Assembly (NCBI GenBank): GCA_002269645.1 | Contig: NIVC01002611.1 | Span: 62,001-126,000 of the forward strand | DNA: 64,000 bases | From: Macrostomum lignano | Lineage: Eukaryota | Direction: 5' to 3' | Part shown: piece after piece, positions 62,480 through 64,000 of the stretch | Layout: every line of letters begins with the position of its first letter | Position numbering within the stretch: the first letter of the stretch is position 1 | Made by a program: the position numbers and the translations under genes | Notes under the pieces: model-generated | Told to the model about the DNA's origin: nothing | Database searches by the model: none | Seen by the model: only the letters and a program-made list of their open reading frames with translations

Positions 62480-64000
62480 AGGCAAAGGCAAGTGGTGCTG
62501 ATAATGCGGTCTGCTGCTGGTGCTGCTGTCTGCCAGCTCTGACAGCGTTCACTGACTAGCGATGACTGCGGAATTTTATAATCAACTATAATATATTCAA
62601 TGCTCTGTGCTGACTATTTATATTTATATATATCAGGCCCGCCCAGCCACTCGCCGCTTCCTTTGTCTTTATCCAAACTGGCTGGGCGGTGGGGGTGTGT
62701 TAGTGTTTCTCTTTTCTTTGCTCTGTGGCGTCTCTCTCTCTCTCTCTCCCTACCTCTCTCACTGATTCGAGGGGCTTTTCGGCGGAGGTTGAGGGAGCGC
62801 TAGCGCGGGAGGATGGGAGACGCGAGAGAGGCTTCAGCAGAGGGTTGGTTGAGGGAGAATAGCGGAGCCAGGAAGAACCCCCTGGCTTGGCGATGCCTAT
62901 CAGGAAGTTTAAGGCTGGATATGAAGAGGAAAACCCGAGGCCGAAGTAGAAGCAGCAGGAGAGGCCTTGGAGCCCACGAGACGGAGGAGGCTGCGGCGTG
63001 TGTTTGGCGCCTCCTCTACAATATTTCTCTATATCTATCTCTCTGGCGTGTTTTTTCAATTCTATCTCCAACTGGTGGAGCCGGCTCCCTCTCTCTCAGC
63101 ACCGACCTGGGTTATCAGGGCGGGCAGATCAGCTCGGGGCCGCCATTCCGGCACCACTGAGGCGGGCACCGGGTTGGAGCGTCGGCTATCAGCCAATGGC
63201 CATTTAGTCTGGGACGGCCACGAGGCCGCGTCAATCATTTAACGGACTTGGGCTGAGGGGGGGGCGGCGGTAAAAAGGGGGCAGTGGGTGAATTGTGGAG
63301 GAGGGGCAGAGAGAGAGAGAGTAGCTTTAAATGAGACCCATAGCTAAAATACTAATTCCAGTTGTCATATTCCATGTTTAATCTCATAAGTAGTTAGTAA
63401 GTAGTATAGAAGAGCTATGGTCAGTCTTATTAATTAATCAAGCGTAAAATCTTTCTATCTTTAGAAAAATATAAAAAATAACGAATAAAAATTTGCTTCG
63501 TTGACAATCTGATACGCACTAGCGCCTTTATTTAATAAGCACTATCTCACTTTCCTTTTATTTTTTTCTGGGCAATAATAATTAGACGCTGAGGGTAAAT
63601 ACAAGACAAGACATGACATTTTGATTGTATAGGGGGGAGGGGGGCGAGGAAGGTTTATTATAAGCGGAAGGGTCCAAGTTCAGAGTTAGCCTTAGTCAGA
63701 TTAGACAAGCAAAATACACAGGAGAGACAGACGGATAGACAGGCAGTGCAGTTCAGAATTTCATGCAGAGCGACTAGAGACCAGAGAAGTTAAGGATCGG
63801 ACACCCCACTGCACTGGCTAGGAGCATTTATTAACAGAGGCAATGGCGAACGAACATGGACAGGATGCTGGCACAGAAAGATAGGGAGATTGGGGATAGA
63901 CCATTCAGCCATTCGAATGTCCCCCCCCTTCCCTGAATTTACCCTGTTTATTATTGAGGAACTGCACTGGGTCCAAGCTAGTATTTTACTGTCTAAATGT

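Overview
Eukaryotic (animal) genomic DNA, not prokaryotic: GT-AG split genes, GC-rich Ala/Gln-rich exons and a different minisatellite in most introns. This architecture suggests a free-living flatworm such as Macrostomum (inference only). Six protein-coding genes were reconstructed by hand with consistent splice phases: a TAO-family STE20 kinase (-, 8 exons, 4953-12514); two small secreted Cys-rich proteins, probably distant paralogues (+, 23291-25855 and 28544-29403); an ankyrin-fused RMT2-type arginine methyltransferase (-, 34536-41577); MFAP1 (-, 42431-44573); and an inhibitory Smad6/7 (-, 48974-62479). Mobile DNA includes two near-identical P-element/THAP9-type remnants with perfect TIRs and 8-bp TSDs inserted in an intronic minisatellite, a hAT MITE with an exact TSD, a mariner remnant and CMC-like TIR elements. 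Most long ORFs in the track are tandem-repeat artefacts. The most unusual signal is a cluster of five degenerate copies of the 28S rRNA helix 69-71 segment (the R2/I-PpoI target region) at 28.8-29.7 kb, scrambled mainly at the cleavage site; one copy supplies a gene's 5' splice site. Also notable: the TAO initiator Met is missing exactly at a splice acceptor, as expected if a flatworm spliced leader supplies the AUG.
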